Positions 1-12,378 of a stretch of 64,000 bases of DNA are shown in pieces. The translations under genes and the position numbers were made by a program. The stretch lies in assembly GCF_001447785.1 (NCBI RefSeq), contig NW_015160838.1, positions 1,635,097 to 1,699,096 of the forward strand, in the 5' to 3' direction. The stretch comes from Gekko japonicus. Lineage: Eukaryota. Positions within the stretch are counted from its first letter, which is position 1. Every line of letters starts with the position of its first letter. The notes beneath the pieces were generated by a model. It was given only the letters and a program-made list of their open reading frames with translations. It was not told where the DNA came from and did not search any database.

Positions 1-310
1 GACAGATCGGGGGCGCAGCAAACGGGCGCGATCTCACCGCAACATCTGGGAAGCGGCGCACACCCGTCCCCAATCCGTCCCTAAACCCAGAAAAGCCGCT
101 GCAAAAAAGAACCTCCTACAGAGGAGGACTTACCTGAAGCACCGCAGCAAGCGTGGCCGTGGGATCACCGCCGCGCCCGTCGTCTGGAGCAATCCAGGCT
201 CCCGACCCCCCCGGCATCTGATCGTGCCAGGGAGAAACTGCGCGGCTGCTCAGGGGATCTATGTGATCCTGCCGCCGCATGTTTCTTTTCCCCCCTGTGT
301 GGCAGGGGCC

Positions 311-428
311 GAAGTTTAATTCTGGGTATAAGCTACTGATACTGAAAAAGTGTGCCTGCACACAAAAGCTTATACCCAGAATTAAGCTCTGTTGGTCTTA
401 AAGTTGCCAGTGGAATCAAACTTTGTTC
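311..428. repeat. Penelope-like terminal fragment with inverted repeat
   Basis: 318-334 and 367-383 are perfect reverse complements; relatives at ~6780, 18585, 25105, 30005, 42450, 51390, 52775, 62195. Confidence 0.55.
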
Positions 429-918
429 CAATAAGTCAAAGACTGGCATGGGCAGCAAGCTTGCCCTTCAGGAAACCAGTCTTCGGCTGCCCTGACCTCA
501 TCAAATCTAAGTAGGGTCTACATAACGTATGTAAATGTATGATTTTTTAAAAACATAAATGAATATAGTTCATATTATATGTCTGTAATTCTATAAATTG
601 AAATAAAATTCATGTTTTAAAAAAGCTAAGCAGGGTCATCCCGGTTAGTACTTGGACAGAGACCACCAAGCAAGTCACAGGTTGCTAATGCAGAGGCAGG
701 CAAAAGCAACCCACCTCTGCCCAAGTCTTAGCTTCTAAACCCTACGGGTTGCCAGAAGCCAGTTGTGACCTGACGGCACTTTCCATCACCAGCCTTAGCA
801 GAAGAAGCCCCAAAACACTTTGCCAAGGAACACCCCCATTGCCTGAAAAGCAGTTTGGGGAAAACACACACACACACACAAACATGTTTAGGAAAAGAGC
901 AACCACTCAGTTGGGTAC

Positions 919-1092
919 CTGTTTGTAGATACAAGTCACCGTTTGTTCGGATAATCCAGGCTGTGTCGTCACTCAAAGACACAAATGCCGCCTGGGGTAA
1001 AGCCTCATACCAGTGACGTTTCCCTTTTATGGTGACTTTCCCACAGGCAAAGGCTTTATTGGTTTTCTGTTCAATCTTCCAGAGAAGAGTCC
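919..1092 (-). CDS. TECPR2: TECPR2 exon 11
   Basis: AG|GGACT..ACAG|GTACC, 174 nt; TLLWKIEQKTNKAFACGKVTIKGKRHWYEALPQAAFVSLSDDTAWIIRTNGDLYLQT matches recalled human TECPR2; gene continues beyond window start. Confidence 0.95.
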
Positions 1093-1863
1093 CTGAGGAA
1101 GAACACGCACGTAAACAAGACGAAGCACATTTCGTGGCCCTGCCCGACCCCTTTTTGCGTGCTCTAGCTCAGCTCATTAGTTGCTTTATAGTTTAAAGGG
1201 GCCTCTATGGAGGAAGGGAGGCAACACAAAGTCGCACTGTTTGAAAGAACAGCCACAAGACAGATGCAGGAGCCAGTATAAGAGAACATCAAAACGGGTT
1301 GGGAAAGCGACGTCTGCCCAAGAGTGCTGTGGCCAATCAGAACAGGCCATACTAGGCCAGAAGGACCAATGGTCTGATTCAGGCACCGCTGTAGGTCCAA
1401 TCCAACACAAAACAAAGCAAAAGCAACTTCCACTTAGCAGATTACTTTCATTACTGCTTCAGATGATGGTGTCGTCGGAGCTGACTTGTCCTGTTTTAAG
1501 TAGGAGCATCCCTAAATGCCACTATTGAACAGAAAGACAGATCCCAAATGTGATTAAAAAAAAAAAAGATAGGATACAGCCTACAGCCTAGCCACAGCAT
1601 TAAATCCTGTATAGTGCTAAAATTTAAAGCAGACACATCCTAGTTTCTTTTAATGGCATTTTCCACAGAAATTAGACATAACTCAAACGGGAGGTCTGAG
1701 AGCCAGTTTATACAACCAGCAGAATCGAGAGGTAAAATTGTCCCCGAACTATACCCAGGCTGAAGAATGGAAAAAAGATCGTGGGTCTGAACACTTCCCC
1801 ACAGAAAAATCTCACTCTACGTAAACACAAGCAGGCAAGCAGAACAAACCACTTTTGTTTTTT

Positions 1864-2092
1864 TCATTCATTTATACCCCACCTTTCTCCCCAACGGGGA
1901 ACCAAAACAGCTCCCATCATTCTCCTCTCCTCCCATTTTATCCTCACAACAACCCTGTGAGGTAGGTTAGGCCGAGAGTGTGTGACTGGCCCCAGGTCAC
2001 CCAGCAAACTTCCATGGCATGAGTAGGGATTCGAGCCTGGGGCTTCCAAATACTAGTCTGGCACTCTTAACCATTACAATCACACTGGCTCT
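1864..2092 (-). mobile_element. Squam3-like tRNA SINE
   Basis: CCTCACAACAACCCTGTGAGGTAGG core with tRNA-like head; related copies at ~22165, 22912, 24250, 30825. Confidence 0.8.
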
Positions 2093-2600
2093 GTTAAGTC
2101 TGCCGGTGTGCATGGGGGGAAAGGGTCTCGTGTTTTTGTGTGTTCCAGGGGGGCTCTGAAATATCCAATCAGCCCAACCCCACCTGCAGCCTGGTACAGT
2201 CCTAAAAAGCTTTACTGCTTTTTTCCTGACTCCCAAAAAGAAATACCTGGTGTGACCTTCCATACGCATGACAGCACTTTTCCTTTGGAGGCAACTTAGC
2301 CACACTGTCTCCAGTTGTATTTTTCATGGTTCCAGCAGCCATACACCCAGCCTCAAAGAATTTAATTTTCAACATGGGAAATCTTAAAAACTTAATGAAA
2401 TGGCATTTGTTACGTTATCAGGCTTTGTAAATGGCTCAGAATCGTGTCAAGGCTAAGGAGCTGCTAACCTCGTGTGCTCTGAGACATAAAACGAAGGACA
2501 GAGCCAAGATGCAGCGATATTAAAGGAACAGCGTTGAAGCTTTCATGCAAATTCGATCTTCCGACCAGGTACAGAAAGCAGAGAGGCAAAGCCAACTCAC

Positions 2601-2784
2601 CTGAAGGGGAGACTGCCACCTGCTGGACATTTTCCTCAAACTTCTGCCACCGCAGACCGGCATTAGGTAAAGCACTACAGTACAGGCCACCTTTGTAATC
2701 CAGGCACCAGATGTATTTATCGGAGACAACCAGGCTCAGTATTCCATAGCCAGGACCCGCGTAGCCCATCCAGCTTTCTGCAAA
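2601..2784 (-). CDS. TECPR2: TECPR2 exon 10
   Basis: 184 nt, AG/GT bounded; FAESWMGYAGPGYGILSLVVSDKYIWCLDYKGG...VAVSPS. Confidence 0.95.
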
Positions 2785-3587
2785 CTAAAGACTGGAGAGT
2801 TAGACGGTAGTGAGGTGTCTTTATCAGTATAAGAAAGCTAACAGTATACACTGACAATGCATCTATCTAAAGAAGGGTGTTCAACTCAAAACAGTTACAT
2901 TGGCCAGAATCAACCCTGATAGGTACATGGGGACATCACCAGACACTCCCCCCACCCCTGATATCATCAGAAGGCCTTGTCCCTGTGAATTTGAGGGTTT
3001 GGGGATACCAGGGAGTGGCAGCACTTACAGATCAAACGGACAAGATGAATATCACCATCTCCTTCTGCAGACCAAAGGACAGGTTTCTGCAACCTCAATT
3101 TGCCTCAGGTTTGTGCAGGGAAAGGTTTAACCCTTCAACCTCCACTTAGTTTCACCATCTAAAACCTGACTCCCTGCTTTGTTGTGTTTTATAGGAAAAA
3201 AGGATCCCAGATGTTGGCACCTCTCGGCTAATATTTGCTGACAATCTCTTGGGGCGCAGCTTTATTGGCACCCAGCTGACTTAACACCACTGAGCAAGAA
3301 GTCCAGCAATTCCTGCTAAGACGCCAAACCAAATCTGTTGGGGGGGGGCCCCTCAGGCAACCCAAAAGATGATTCACTGTACACCCTTGGTCTAAAGCTT
3401 TTGTTTTATATCAGTGCCTGTTTGATGGCTGCCAGAGAACTGCATTCATCTGGTAATACAACAATTTTGGGGGAAACTACATTTATATCAGATTCAAATT
3501 CTTCTACCTTTACCACCACTGACCCCCAGCACTTGCTTTCATAGCCATGAGCAGGATTTGTAGAGAAACTCAGGGCTGGAACACCCA

Positions 3588-3813
3588 ACCCTGATCTGGA
3601 TGGCTCAGGCAAGCCCGATCTTATCAGATCTCAGAAACTAAGCAGGGTTGGCCCTGGTTAGAATTTGGATGGGAGGCCACCAAGGAAGCCTAGGGTCACG
3701 ACACAGAGTCAGGCAATGGCAAACTACCTCTGAATGTCTCTTTCCTTGAGAACACTACTGGGTCACCTAAGTTGGCTGTGACGTGACAGTACTTTCTTCC
3801 ACCACCACCACCA
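3588..3813 (+). mobile_element. 5S rRNA-derived SINE (tail type A)
   Basis: GCCCGATCT..GAAACTAAGCAGGG..CCTGGTTAG..TTGGATGGGAG resembles 5S rRNA with A and C boxes; (CCA)n tail; TSD GAACACCCA. Confidence 0.85.
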
Positions 3814-4333
3814 GAACACCCACCATCAGTTACGGAATGAGGCCTTCTAGCATGCAGTTCCAGAATTCCATCAGCATTCTCAAACCCTCAGCTACCAATT
3901 TAACCAAAAGAACAAAGTTGGGTCATCCTGAAATATTCATAAACCAGAGGGGCTGAGTGCTGTTCTTGGCTAAGAGAACCGTACTTGGTTAAGCTGCCTG
4001 GCTAAGGAAACAGGTGGATTTCCCTTCACGCTATGCTACGTCCAACACCCTCTCCTTCAAAACCACAGCCTCCCATATCTCAGGCCCTCTTACTCCTCCA
4101 TGGTGCCATTCTGTTTTTCTTTTTCATTTCAAAGGCTGGATTTGGGCCACCTGGTGGTGGAAATGCTTGTTAACACAGAACGAGGTGAGTCAGCGCCCAG
4201 CTGGGATGGTTGGGGACCTCCTGGCGGGTCAGCCTGGAGAGGGAGACTGGCTCAACACAAGCCACTTCATTTAAAAGGTGTAACAAAGCCTATTTCTGTA
4301 TGTCGTGCTGCAGCTGCTTGTTCAAGAACATAC

Positions 4334-5307
4334 CTGATCGGACTTTAAAAGCATCCCTTCCTCTACGCTTGCTTGGGTTTTCTCCGGGGGAGCAAGGCAA
4401 CCCCCCGCATCTGCCACACTAGTCTCCGAAGACGAATACGGCAGGCCGTGCCTGTAGATATCCTCTTCATCACTCGAGGCCGATTTCTCAGCTCCAGCAT
4501 CGTTGCTTATCCATTCGCTGGCGGTGTTTGTGTTGCATTTAGGGCTGAATGCCTCCCTGAAGTCCTGCCCAGGTAAGGCATCCTCCTGGTGACATGGCTC
4601 GTCCCTAGAAACAGCAGGAAGATCATTAAGGGGGCTTGGGGGGACTCCGTACACCAGAGGCTGCTGGGATTTCTGCTCTGGGAGGGGCTCAGCCCCTGTT
4701 TCCCAGCCCAAAGATTCCTCAACACGAGAGGACGATATCCCATTTTCCAGCATTCCGTTCACAGTCTCTGTGTCTTTTAGAAGATCCACAATACTTTGTT
4801 GGCCTGGCTGATTTACTGTTTCGCACAGGGCAGAATAATCCTCTTCAGCTTGGGAGGGCTGCTTGGACTTGGTTTCAGCAAGCTCGGGCGGAAGGCTCCT
4901 GTTTTGTTCAGTCTCATCACCACCCCCTTGATCACCAGGCAGCAGCAAGGGGGAGACAGAAGCTGAGAAGTCCGTGGCAGGCAACGCACCTACTTCGTTC
5001 TCCCCATTAGAAAGTTTCAGCAGCTCGGGAGCTTCGCCATTCCCCTCTGGGGTCGGGGCAGCCATCAGCTCTGGAGACTGAAGCATGCTGAAGATTTCAG
5101 GGCTGTTCTCCTCCCCCAGCACACTCTGCGAGTCCAGACTTTCCTGGTCGGGAGAATCCATCCCCGAGCGGTCTACAACGCCGCTCATCAGGCTTGAAGC
5201 AATGGAGAGGGAGTCTGCGTTGGTTGACTGGGGACTGTCGGTAAAACCTTGATATTCCGAGCATGGCGTGCTCTCCAGAGAGCTTGGATTTCTCCTGGAT
5301 CCATTTT
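4334..5307 (-). CDS. TECPR2: TECPR2 exon 9 (large disordered exon)
   Basis: 974 nt, phase 1 to 0; contains SSLESTPCSE, SPDQES, SSDEEDIY.HGLP.SSSETSV, LLKSDQ motifs. Confidence 0.92.
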
Positions 5308-5464
5308 CTAAGCTCATGTATAGTTGGGAGATTAAAGGTGGGGGGGGTGAGAAAAGGGAGAAAGCAAAAAGAACACTGTCAACTGATTGAGGAAATGTCA
5401 TTTAAGGGTGGATTAAAAACAAAATATATGCAACAACTGCATTTGAGGGGGTATTGTTTGCATT

Positions 5465-5688
5465 TGTGTGCGCGTGCGTGCCTGCCTGTGCCTGGAAGAC
5501 ATGGTGACCTCTGGTGACTCCTACTGAGGCATGGAGAACGTTCAGAGAAGTGGCTTGATAGCCTGCCTCTGCCTCCCGGCCCTGGTATTCTTTGGAGGTC
5601 TCCCATTCCAAATACCTACCAGGGTCAGCCCTGCTTAGCTTCTGAGATCTGATGAGATCGGGCTTGCCTGGACTATCCAGGTTAGGGC
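5465..5688 (-). mobile_element. 5S rRNA-derived SINE (tail type B)
   Basis: Same 5S-like head on the minus strand; CA/GC-rich tail. Confidence 0.85.
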
Positions 5689-6853
5689 TACAAGTGCATT
5701 TTTAAAGCCTTGGGCAATCCTGACTTTGACCTATATTGGCAAGCTATAAAAGTGTTTCCGTGATTTAAACAGCAGCAGCATAAAGCATTCTTCTCTAGTC
5801 TTCTCGTACTGGAGATACATCTCCACTGGAACTGCTTTCCATGGTCCAAGTCAGAGGTTTTTCCCATCCCTGCTTCTTAAGGTTCAGTCTTGTTCCAACC
5901 CCCCCCCCCCAAAAAACCTGGAGATTCTGGGGATCACCTGCAGCTGTGGCTCCTCCCAACTCCAACACTGCTGCAATGAAGTACGAAGTCCATCTTCTCA
6001 GAATTTGAATCTTACACTAGATGGGTATCTCTAAGCCAAAAAGGTGTAAATGGGCACCAGATTTAATGGACAAGCCATTGATGAGGTGCTGACCCCGTGC
6101 ATCAATAGGCATAGAAAACTGGATAACTATGCAGTGTTCCCCACCACCAGTACCACATGCTAGATTTCCCACTAACTATTAAACTAGATATTTTGGATTT
6201 ATGCTGATTCAGTCCTTTGGTGTAAATAGGGGACTGGTACAACTTGAATTCAAGAAATCCAATGTACACATCCCAGGACCTCAGGAATGGATTATGCTTG
6301 GTGTGGAGCAGTCCCTGGAAACCCCCCACCTTTGTAAATATACATATTAATGCATTCTGCAAAGCATAGGTTTGCAAAACACAAAACCCTCTTTCAATAA
6401 ATATTAGAGAAGGGGCATTCCCCCCCCACACACACACATATACTGGGTCAACCTGGACTTAGTAAACTGGGCTATTCTGCAAAAACAAAGAAACAAAACT
6501 AGCAAGGAGGGGGGTTTTTTAGGCCCGTTTCAGAATGACTTTGAAAGACAGTCACTAGGAAATGACAGAGACTTCCTCAAAGCCCCCTCAATTGTCCCCA
6601 ATTGCCCCCTTGAGTACTGTTTCTGTGACTGGGCAAGCAGTGACAGCTGAGCAAATGAAGCTCCCTCCCTCTCCTCTCCCTCCCAACCCCACCCTTTCTG
6701 TTTTCCTCCCTCTTTGTCTATACATCTTGGCTACTAGGTAGTCAGCACCTGAAATGTCTAGTGTGTCCTAAGAAACAGATCCAGACAAAGAGAGCTGTGT
6801 TTCTTGAAAACTTATGCTACAAGAAAGTTTGTTAGTCTTAAAAGGTGCTACTG

Positions 6854-6854
<1 letters not shown>

Positions 6855-6917
<63 letters not shown>
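6855..6917 (+). repeat. (TAT)n microsatellite, ~21 units
   Basis: Direct reading. Confidence 0.98.
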
Positions 6918-9670
6918 GGGAGAAGGGGCTGAAAACAAATGTTTAATTAAATAATGCCTGTGACTGGAATCTTTTATGATGTTGTTTAAAACGGCAGTTT
7001 AGGATTGGGGTCATGGTGGGGAGGGAGTGCTTAATCCTTTCCCCCTGTATTTTCCCCAGACCTCTTTCCCCCCCCCACAGGGGGAATATATAGGTACCAG
7101 AAAGATACCTGTATGTCTTCCCCCATCAACCTGGTCATAATCTGACAACCAGTGGGAGATTGGTATGAGGAAATTCACTGCCAGAGGATGTAGTGATGGC
7201 CACAGGAATAAGCAGCTTTAAAAGGGGATTAGATAGATTCATGAAGGATAAGTCTATCAATTACTATTAGCTGTGGTGGTTGAGGGGAACCTCCATATTC
7301 AGAGGCTCTAAACCTCTGAATTCCAGAGCCAAAAGGCAACATCAGGGGAAGGCCTTGGCCTCTATGACCTGTAGGTGGCTGTCCAGAGGAACTGGTTGGC
7401 CACTGTGTGAGACAGGATGCTGGACTAGGGGGACTATTGGTCTGATCTTTTTGGCTGCAGTCACACTGAAAGCTTGACGCAATCTGCAGCCACCCTGAAG
7501 TGGCTTCACCATGAGCTCAGCCCATGGTTGATTGTTCAGATTATGGTGGCATCTTTTTTTTGTCTGTCACCCATGCGCATAAGCATGTATCACAAACTCC
7601 AGCTCCTTTTTGACAGCTCCACAATCCCTCTTTGAAGTACACCGGCCCCTCTTAGCCTCCTTCCCTTTGGCTCTCGTCTTTGGACTATATGAGAGGGGTA
7701 AAGTGCAGATTTACATGAGAGTAGTAATTATAATGTTAGTTGGCACATGATACTTTTGAAAATTTATAAACAAGAGATTACAAAGGGAGCTGGGAACCAT
7801 GGAAGTACAGAGGGTGAACTTGAACCTCTCTCTCTCTCACACACACACATGATCAAACCTGCCCCACAAGTTTGTTGTGAGGATAAAAAAGGAGACGGAG
7901 AACACATGGTACCCCAAACTCCTTGGAGGACAGATGGCATTAAAAAGGCGACAGAGGTCAATAAAAATTATGAATTGGGTACACAAAATGGATAGGCCGG
8001 AAACTGTCTTTCTTGTTCACAACACTAGAATCCAGGATCATTCTATTAAAATGATGGGCTGGAGATTCATAGTAAATAGGGGGGGAAATATGCAGCCATA
8101 GATGCAGCCTATACAGGCCACCACAAGATGTGGCAGGGACCCGAAACTGAAAAAGGTTTTTTAAAAAAAAGGATTAGAAAAAGGCATAGTGGTTGTGTCT
8201 ATCAGTAGCTACAAGTCGTGCAAGTGAAACAGGACCTGCTGCACTTGAAGGCAGTATCCTCAGAATGCCAGCTGATGGAGACAAACATGCAACACATGCA
8301 AATACACAAACACACACGCAAGTGGTTGAGGGCTGTTGACATAACCACTGTATGTTTCATGGAAGCATCTGGCTAGCAAGTGTCTGACTAAATGGGGAAT
8401 TTCTGTAAGACATTCCAATAAAGAAGAGGTACTTTGAAGTATGTGTTTTCTTGAGAAATGAGAAAAATTCAGGTAAAGGGAATACCACCAAAGAACTAAC
8501 ACCTTGTGTTAAAGCCAAACCAATTCTTCCAAGAGCTACAGAATTTGACTACAAACCAGGTTATGCTGAATACTCCAAATTTTAAGTTGCTTTTTTAAAA
8601 AAGTGTCTCCTTTAATCACTAAAAACCAACCCTAGATTAATTTATACTGACAATTGGGTGTAATCTTCCATTGTGATCAAGTGAGTGAACACAGCCATTT
8701 TCACACTAGTGAAAGACTCGTTCTGCTGCTTTGTTTTAGTGGGACGTGTCTGTGTTGAGACGTATCTAATCCTTCAAGACAGAGGCAAAGAAGGTGATGA
8801 ATTATGAGTTGCCTCTGTTGTTCATTCCAAACATATCCTTACAACCTATGTTGGATTACTGAATGAGAATTGTGTGTTATCAGCAACTGGCCAAATGCCC
8901 TACGATCTCTCAGCAACAGGACATTTATGATCCTTATTAAACAAAACAGCCAGAAAGGGAAGAATTAGATGCCTTCCTAACAGAGAGTCTGTCACTGGAC
9001 AGCATGGCCTGAAAAGCAACATTTCCAAGAATGTATATGGCCTACAACCAGTGACCACAAGTCACAGTGGATACTTTAAACCAGGTTATGCAAAGAGATG
9101 CCTTTATAAATGTTTTAAGTCTGGTACCTATCAGTTTCATTGCTTAGCCCATGAGTGTTCAACACCATGTTTTGGATCCAAAGATACTCCTCTGTAAGCC
9201 ACCCAGAGTCTGTTTACAGGGTGGGCGGGGTATAAATATAAGTATAAATAAAAATAAATAATAAGAAGGCATTTCTCGTGCAAGGGAAGGAGGGTTCTGC
9301 GAATTCTCTTCCCTCCCCACCTACAGTGTCTTATGCCACAATGCCTGTTTCTTCTGGAAAGTCCACTGAACTTCAAGCGCTGCCTTCTGAGGAACTCAAA
9401 GAATTGCAGATGAAGGAGCAGGGGTAGGAAAGCCCCCATGCGCAAACAGAACTTCACGCATAGTTTTTTTGGGATCCAAGATCATGTGCATACACTGCAA
9501 GAATCCTACAGCTGACCAAGAATGGTTTGAGATCAATCACCCCATTCTCCCTTTCAAAATATGATTAAATTCAACATAATCAGAGAAGAGAAAACAGCAG
9601 TCAACAGGGACCTGTATCCATGAAGGAGTCAACTAGTTATCTGAATCCATTTAAAGTATAAGGACATAAG

Positions 9671-9909
9671 GCCCTGACCTGGACAGCCCAGGCAAGCCAG
9701 ATCTCATAAAATCTTGGAAGCTAATCAGGGTTGACTCCAGCAAGTACTTGGATGGGAGACCTCCTTGGAATAACAGCAGTCGGGAAGACAGGGGTAAGGA
9801 TTATTCAGCCACCTCTCAAAATATCCTCCAGGCCCCCAGTAGGGGTCAGTCACCAGAGGTGGCTATGACTTCCAGGTGCACGTGCGTGCACACAAACTTT
9901 TTAAAAAAA
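9671..9909 (+). mobile_element. 5S rRNA-derived SINE (tail type B)
   Basis: 5S-like head; TSD TAAGGACATAAG. Confidence 0.85.
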
Positions 9910-9956
9910 TAAGGACATAAGGAGACCCTGCTGACTGCTGAACTGGACCAGTGGTC

Positions 9957-10280
9957 TGTTATGTATTATGTTATGTGAATGAGCCTGAGCTTCAGTCACA
10001 ACCTCCATAGACTCTCAGTATCCTAAAATCGACAGCCTGATTGGCTGCCTTGTGCAATGGACCAATCAAGAAAGACTATGACTTTTGGCGGGAACAAAAT
10101 CTATTGGTCCTAAGTGCTCACTCATGATTGGACCTTACTGTTATAGGGGTGTGGTTTAGCCTGTTCCAAACTGTATATAAGTTGGGGTTGTTCTATGGCG
10201 TTGTGTGTGTTCTCTGTGCTCTGTTCTAATAAACTGAAATCACTGGTTAAGAGCGAGCTGCCTGATCTCGAGTTACAACA
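9957..10280 (+). mobile_element. Solo LTR, 324 bp, inserted in a CR1 fragment
   Basis: TGTT...AACA ends, 5-bp TSD TGGTC, CCAAT/ATTGG boxes, TATATAA 10174, AATAAA 10228. Confidence 0.88.
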
Positions 10281-10486
10281 TGGTCCCATCTAGTCCAGTG
10301 TATGGTTTCACATAGCAGCGAACTGCTATCCCTAGAGGGCCAAACAAACAGGGCATAGAGGCCAAGGCCTTTCCACACGGCTGCCTCCCAGAGATGGTAT
10401 TCAGAGGTTTGCTGCCTCTGGATATGAATGGTCACCACACACCAGTCACTTTACATATGCTATAAATGTAACATGTGCAAAATGCG

Positions 10487-11167
10487 GCATCCAGGCTCCT
10501 GATGGGTCTCTCTATACGAGATCACATCCAGCCTGTGCTGAAGGCACTGCACTGGCTGCCAATATCATAGTGGATTCATTTCAAGGTGCTGGTTCTGACC
10601 TTTAAAGCCCTATATGGCAGGGGGCCTGTTTACCTGAGGGACCACCTTTCCCCATATGTTCCCCAGAGAGCACTGAGGTCAGGGTCACAAAATCGCCTGA
10701 CTCTCCCTGGTCCGAAAGACATCAGATTGGCCACCACTAGAGCCAGGGCCTTCTCAGTGGTGGCTCCACTCTGGTGGAACGAGCTCCCAGAAGACATCAG
10801 GGCCCTGTGGGACTTTTTACAGTTCTGCAGGGCCTGTAAAATGGAGCTCTTCCACCATGCTTTCAATTAGGAGCCGCCACTGCTAAATGAGTCATCGGAA
10901 CTGAACGTGCTATGGTCCTTATGACACAACGCTGGATACTGCCTTCGGACCACTTTATAGGTTGCAACACTGGTTATTGCCTTCTCGTATTGGATTACAT
11001 CATAGGAACCACCATCTGTATGTACCAGCACTTTATGTAATTGTTGTTTATGTGAATTTTATTGCATATTATTGTTTTATTGTATTTTAATCTGTCTGTA
11101 CGCTGCCTTGAGACAGTTTGCCCGGCAAGGCAGGATACAAATTGAAAGTAATAAACAAATAAATAAA
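10487..11167 (+). mobile_element. L2 LINE 3' end
   Basis: LHWLP..FKVLVLTFKALYG..RAFSVVAPLWWNELP; (TAAA)n tail. Confidence 0.85.
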
Positions 11168-11178
11168 TGTGTGCAAAC

Positions 11179-11311
11179 CTATTGACGCCAGCCCTTCAGG
11201 TCTGCTTGAGAGCCTTATGATATCTCGGTCTCCCCTTAAAAGAAAAATCTCGTTTTCGGTACAAGACACAGACACAATATCACCAGACCCTTCCAAGCTG
11301 CCAATCAGAGC
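11179..11311 (-). CDS. TECPR2: TECPR2 exon 7
   Basis: 133 nt; ALIGSLEGSGDIVSVSCTENEIFLLRGDRDIIRLSSRPEGLASI; donor G|GTTTGC. Confidence 0.93.
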
Positions 11312-12378
11312 CTGTGAAAAAGGAGAGAGGAAGAGAAGCTTTGAATGTGCTGAGAATCTCTCTAGAATGCAGACAACACTTGAGATTTTGTACTGTACTC
11401 TTGGCTAGGAACATTATTCGATTAAAACAAAGAGCACCATTGAAAGGAAAGGGGGATTTGAGGTGAGGGTGATTCTCATTAAGCTTGGCAAAGAGCATGG
11501 AACAGAAATGGGTTATACATGTTTTATAAGTTTAACTCTGTGGAGGCATATTCAGCGTCGCTAGCCCAGGAAGCATCATCTCAGATTACGTTTGTCAATG
11601 CTTTCAGCACTCAAAGCACCGCCAAGACGGCTGGCAAGAGCCTTCAGAAGCCTGTTAAGATGAAGGAAAGAAAAACATGCAGCTGTGCTGACAGACGCCT
11701 CATCATTAATCTGGAAATAGTCTACTGACACAGCTTTACGGTTTTGCATCATGAACAGGTCACCCAAAAATCCATTTATGGGAAACCCTACCAGAAGAAG
11801 CCATAACACACACTCGGGAATCTTAACACAAAAATCCTTGGGGACAGGAACCTTAACACAAAAATGCATGTCTTTCATGCATTCATTTTGTTTGCAGTCC
11901 CACTGTGGCTGGATCTTAATATGCACTGTAATACCAGCACTGTGTATCAATTTAATGGTAAGTTAACAATAAATCTAGCATATAGAGAACAGATGACTCA
12001 GCCTGAGTGACCCTCATTCAAATCAAAACCGTAGAACGAGGGACTAGGCAGACAGTGACAAACTCATCTTCTGCTTCCTGCCAGTGTGATCAGGAGCAAT
12101 GGCTGCCTTAATATTATGTCAGTCCAAATACTACGGTGTGGATTGCACTCTAGGATCATGAAAAGCACCATGGTATCCTAATAGCAAGGCAGCTGGCCCC
12201 CATGGCAATTACAAAAGCAGGCCACCCACAGACTATGTAGGGTCCCTACATTCTCGGGGGTGATTTCTAAACTGTTTCCCCCTTTGTGCAATTCCTTACA
12301 GCGTCCTCCCAGTCCCTAGATTGTTGCTATAGCTAACAGCCAAGGAGGTTGCTTGTGCCCATCACAGAAGCAGCAAAA

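Noticed and set aside
3588-3690. 5S rRNA genes
   Set aside because: All copies have altered 5' ends, SINE tails, TSDs and high divergence
7490-7530. Minus-strand peptide ELMVKPL resembling exon-8 ELVVKPI
   Set aside because: Flanking residues show no similarity, there is no poly-lysine run and no suitable splice sites; likely chance, though a decayed remnant cannot be excluded
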